DNA from: Sphyrna mokarran
Taxonomy: Eukaryota
NCBI GenBank assembly: GCA_024679065.1
Contig: JAGIQG010000040.1
Location: forward strand, 5,146,001 to 5,210,000
Direction: 5' to 3'
DNA length: 64,000 bases
The position numbers and the translations under genes are program-made. This document shows positions 59,301-64,000 of this stretch, piece by piece (within the stretch, counting starts at the first letter, position 1; every line of letters starts with the position of its first letter). A model generated the notes under the pieces. That model saw only the letters and a program-made list of their open reading frames with translations, made no database searches and had not been told where the DNA came from.

Positions 59301-60495
59301 TAAGTTGAATGTTTCAACCCAATTTGCCTCAATGTTTTGGAGAAGATAAAGCGATCAATAATCACCACAAAAATAACTGCATGTGGAAGGATTGGAACGT
59401 GATATTGGAAGAGGGGAGAGCGAGTGAGACAAGGTTTGTCTGATGTGGGAAAGAATGTGGAAAACCACTTTGAGAACTGCGTTCTGAACTGTTGCACCGT
59501 AACTATCCCAGCACTACGTTCGTTTTATTTTTGACTGCAAGTGACACAATGGTTTTCCGAGCCGGCTGGTATTGAATTGTAGTTAATGAGAAGTAGCTTT
59601 TTCTATCGCTGGGGACTGCCAACATGCCCTCTGAGCTTTCTTTCCGGGATTTAAGTTTCGAGTTAAAGGAACGGCTGACATTATTCTCTCTTCCAAACAC
59701 CGAGGGTCACAGCTTGTTTAACAAATGATTGCGGATGCGATTGAAGTTAATAATTTTAAACAGAGGTGTCATTGAGAAAAAATCCTGCGTATGTTAGTGG
59801 AAGTGTTTATACTTTAAGATTGTCCAACTGAATGTATAGTGACAGCTGGTATCTTTGCTCGAAAGCATTCAGCTTTTTTTAGGCATATCGTCACATACTC
59901 TATCCTTTCAACTATGGTGAGGATTGCATAACTGACTGTCAGATAGTTGAACGGCAGTGTAACCGCTCCTTCCTTCTCCAACAGATCCTCACTTTTCTCT
60001 TGAATTGGGAGTTTCTCTTCGAACGCCAGGGACGTTGCCAATGTGTCACAAGACAGCCTGGCGCGTCAATCAGCCCCTCCGACATAAAATGCAAAAAAAA
60101 AGTTCAATAATTGGATCAATGACTAATGAGGGTAATCACGCAGTCACGACTGATCCACTCTCCTGATGGTAACGCTTAAATAAACAGACTGATCCCTGAA
60201 TGAAACAAATCCTGGAGCAAGCCTGAGTTTGATGGTCACATTAAACAGAGTCGGATTTGACCGTCACTATCCGGAAAAGGGAAATATTCTCCCCGTTAGG
60301 CACTGACTATTACCCAGCGCTGAGTATTTCCAATCACTGACAGCCAGCTCACCGGCCTGTCTATTCACACTGTCACCGAGAACACCAGGAAGTGAAGTGA
60401 GAACATCCTGAGGCATCAGCAGGTTATTCAGGGCGGGGTTTAGAACCGGTGCCTTCAAAATCCCCAACTCCCCTTTTACAGAGCGGACAGAGACA

Positions 60496-60541
60496 ATGCG
60501 GCTGTTCAGCATCTGGGTTGTGTGGGCAGCATTTCTGACAG
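60496..60541 (+). CDS. TCR V segment 3 leader exon (MRLFSIWVVWAAFLT/D)
   Basis: 46 nt, donor G|GTAAAT. Confidence 0.92.
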
Positions 60542-60658
60542 GTAAATGTGGAGCAAACACATTTCAACTCTTTTTTTACATTTTTGAAACATGTCGTAAA
60601 CCTAAATTTTCACCAGTCGCCGGTCAGTTCTTTTTTATATTTTATTGATCTTTTTCAG

Positions 60659-60965
60659 ATCTAATTCATGGAGATTCTGTCACTCAGTCGCTCTCTTCAG
60701 ATGTTGGGACAGAAGGAGAAGCGGTGACTTTAAACTGTAACTATGATACTTCATTGAGCCCCTACTATCTATACTGGTACCGGCAGCACCCAGACTCACA
60801 GCCTGAGTTTATTTTGTGGAAACATTCGGCAGGCAGTGAAGATAAAGCCGATTTTGCCAAAAGCCGTTTCTCTGCTGAGCTTCAGACTGAGAATAAATTC
60901 ACCAGTTTAACCATCTCGGGTCTGAAGCTGACTGACGTCGCCGTGTATTACTGCGCTATCAGTCT
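60659..60965 (+). CDS. TRAV/TRDV: T-cell receptor alpha/delta variable segment 3
   Basis: DSVTQSLSSDVGTEGEAVTLNCNYDT...LYWYRQHPDSQPEFILW...ADFAKSRFS...LTDVAVYYCAIS; RSS CACAGTG(60966)-23-ACAAAAACC(60996-61004). Confidence 0.92.
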
Positions 60966-62182
60966 CACAGTGATATAAAGCAAACTCAGCCCTGTACAAA
61001 AACCTCCTTTCACTGCAGAGAGCAGCTGTTGTGTGTTAGGGTCTGTGGAGGATTGTAGTAGATGCGGCCGCAATGAGCAGCGAAAGGAAACCAAACTCAC
61101 CTCGAATGTAATTGTTCCCAGGAGAGACTGAGAAAACAAACTTCAGAATTCAATCCGACAAACAGATCATTGCAGAATCGCTTTTGAAGACACCCGTTCT
61201 AAGTCCCGTTCTTAATAATTTGTTCTGTTCCCCCTGGGGTGTTCTCACCTCACTTCCGCGTCTGTCTCTGGTTCTCTGAAGCCAGTTGGTGGTGATTTGG
61301 GTTGACATTGAAAGAGAAATATCCGAGCCTGGCTACAGTCAGTGACCTGATAGGGGAATGGCCGGACTTTCGGAGACTGGGGAGGAGGGAGGGGCGTCCG
61401 GGGAATGTAAGCCTGGTTTGTAGATTGTCATCAGAAAATTCTGATTGTTAGTGTTGACAGGAACCTCACCAAAACAGGCGGTGAGTTACTCGTAGCAGTA
61501 TTCCCAGCCTCTGACATGGTCTTGTAGCTGGTGTGTTTATGTGTGGGAGTCCAGTAGAGTTTCTGGTCAATGGTAACCCGAAGGATGTTGACAAAAAATG
61601 GGGAATTCAGTGATGGTTACGCCATCACTTTTGCTAACAACAAGAAGCTTTCATCTTTTTCCCTCTCTCTTCTCTCTCTCCCTCTCTCTCCCCCTTCTCT
61701 CTCTCTCTCTCTGTGCCTCCCTTTCTTATATCTCATCTCACTCACATTCTGTCCCTCCCATTCACTCTGTCATCCTTGCTGGAGGAGGCTGCAATCAATT
61801 TACCCACGACAGAGCATCTGCCGACAAGACATCAGCTGAAACCTTCCCTGCCTCAAAACCCTCTTTCCTCTGTGTTCCTCGCTGTCTTTCCGAAAGGAAT
61901 CGGATGGGAAACTGATGGGAAAAGATTTGCAGGGCTCCAGGGACAGAGTGGAGGAGTGGGATAGGCTCAGTTGTTTTAGCAGAGAGTCAACATGGGTTGA
62001 ATCGCCTCCTTCATTCTGTGACCGTTCTATGATTGAGACACAAATTTTTATTTGGATGCCAACTTCAATTTCTAGTTTATAAGTGTTCAGAACACCAGCA
62101 ACCTATCCAGGTCCCTCAATACCGACGGTGTAATTAAAAAAAACTGATTATAGTATAATATATATACATATATATATATATG

Positions 62183-62430
62183 CAAACAACAAAGGTCCCA
62201 GCACTGATCCCTGAGGAACGCCACTTGTCATAGCCCTTCCATTCAGAAACATACCCTTCCATTGCTACTCTCTGCCTTCTATGACGGAGCCAGTTCTGTG
62301 CCCACCTTGCCAGCTCACCTCTGATCCCATGCGACCTCATCTCCTGCACCAGTCTGCCATGAGGGACCTTTTCAAAGGCCTCACTGAAATCCATGTAAGC
62401 AACATCCACTGTCCTACCCCATCCGACTAC
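62183..62430 (-). mobile_element. CR1-like LINE reverse-transcriptase fragment
   Basis: VDVAYMDFSEAFEKVPHGRLVQEMRSHGIRGELARWAQNWL. Confidence 0.88.
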
Positions 62431-62769
62431 AAGACACAGCCTCAAAAATAAGGAGGTGCAGATTTAGGACTAAGTTGAGGAGGAACTTCTCCAATAGGGT
62501 TGTGAACTTAAAATCTGAGAATCACACAGAGCAGAAGAAGCCCTTCTACCCATTGTGTCTGCACCAAAAAAGAGTGAGAGATAAACAGGTCGGAAGAAGA
62601 GCTTGTGGCGCTTGGAATCAAAGGTTATATGGAAAAAGCAGGACTGGGCAATTGAGTTGGATGATCAGATATGATCAGCTCAAATGTCAATAAGATATAA
62701 GCCGAGAATAATAAATTTGAGGGAGATTTCATCCATTGATATCAAATATATTTCCGGCATATTTCATAG

Positions 62770-63510
62770 AAATTTAGAAACATTGAAGTTAGGAGGAGGA
62801 GAAAGCCATTTGGCCCTTTGAGCTGATCATATCTGACCATCCAACTCAATTGCCCAGTCCTGCTTTTTCCATATAACCTTTGATCCCAAGCGCCACAAGT
62901 GCTATATCCAGCCGTCTCTTGTATGCATTCAATGTTTTGGCATCAACAATGAATTCCACAGGCTCACCACTCCTTGGGTGAAGAAATCTGTCCTCACCTC
63001 TGTCCTAAATGATTTACCCTGAATCCTCGGACTGTGACATTGGTTTTGGACTTCCACAGCATCGGGAAAATCTTCCCCGCATCTACCCTGTTTAGACCTG
63101 TTAGAATTTGAGTCTCTTTGAGAACGCCCACTTCCCTTCTCTACTATTCATCTGAACTTCAGCGAAAACTATCTTAACTTCGTGAATCTCTCCTCTTACA
63201 TCAGTCCCGCCATCCTCGGAATCAGCCTGGTAAACTTGTGTTGCACTCCCTCGAATGCAAGAACTTCCTTCCTCAGAGAGGGAGAACAAAACTGCAGACA
63301 ATATTCTAACCGTGAACTCATCAAAGCCCTGCATAGTTGCAACAACACATCCCTGCTCCTGTATTCTAAACCTCTCTCAATGAAGGCCTTCTTTACTGCC
63401 TACTTACCTGTACACTTACCTTCAGTGACTGGTGCACAAGGACACCCAGGTCCCGCTGCACACTTCCCTCTCCCAATTTACAGCCATTCAAGTAGTATTC
63501 TGAATTCAAA
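62770..63510 (-). mobile_element. CR1-like LINE 3' fragment
   Basis: YYLNGCKLGEGSVQRDLGVLVHQSLKVS through to the 3' tail. Confidence 0.85.
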
Positions 63511-64000
63511 TCTAATTCAAAATGCATGAGAGAATTTGGACAATTTTGTAAAATTTGCAATATAAACATGGGCATAGCCTAAGACAAATAACAACCGACA
63601 GCGTCTCTAATGGATTACACGCCAAATAAAGTTGAAGGAAGAAAACAATGCCAATATTGTATAAACAGGCACCGGAATATGAACAGATATGAGGCATCAG
63701 TGTGGTATTAGCTCAGACACTAGTTTGTGTCTTGTGAGAAGAAATACGGTCTGGTCAGTTGTTAACCAAGGCAGGGCCTGCTGTAATCGAAACAAGGAGA
63801 TTGTCTCAAAAACGAATACATGAAACACAAGTTATAATAGGAAAATAGAGCATAGAGTAAAGTTCAGTACAGTATTTACACCGAACAACGCAATATTTAC
63901 TGACAAGATAGTTTTGTGTAATCTTTTGAATTGCGTGTAAAAATAATTCCTGAGCAATTCTGTTCTGAATGGAACTGAACATTCCAGGTAGAAATTCTGA

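Noticed and set aside
49538-60965. NAR-TCR or supporting V-delta identity for the V segments
   Set aside because: All three have their own leader and only the two canonical cysteines; no NAR-like V-D-J unit is seen upstream of them.

Overview
Eukaryotic genomic DNA from a cartilaginous fish (shark-type IgM sequences and shark SINE/LINE/Penelope repeats). The window has three zones. (1) ~1-22 kb: a decayed VH pseudogene followed by one IgM heavy-chain cluster on the + strand (leader-VH, D1, D2, JH with 23 / 12-22 / 12-12 / 23 RSSs, then Cmu1-Cmu3). The cluster stops after Cmu3: ~165 bp into the next intron the sequence switches into the middle of a C2H2 zinc-finger exon, and I find no Cmu4, secretory tail or TM exons in the window. 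(2) ~22-42 kb: tandem C2H2 zinc-finger genes (three intact, one 5'-truncated) arranged head-to-head around two related bidirectional CpG promoters. (3) ~45-64 kb: a 66-bp minisatellite, then three intact T-cell receptor V-alpha/delta segments with 23-RSSs, in the same orientation as the IgM cluster (138-N gap at 51977-52114, after the first V). The main inference is a constant-region-defective IgM minicluster next to a TCR alpha/delta V array, a candidate donor for chimeric IgHV-TCRdelta rearrangements. Secondary signals include minimal hammerhead ribozyme motifs in Penelope-like repeats, CTCF-like sites, a G-rich AGCT-containing tract in the J-C intron and a very young CR1-like family. All homology calls are by eye; no searches were run.
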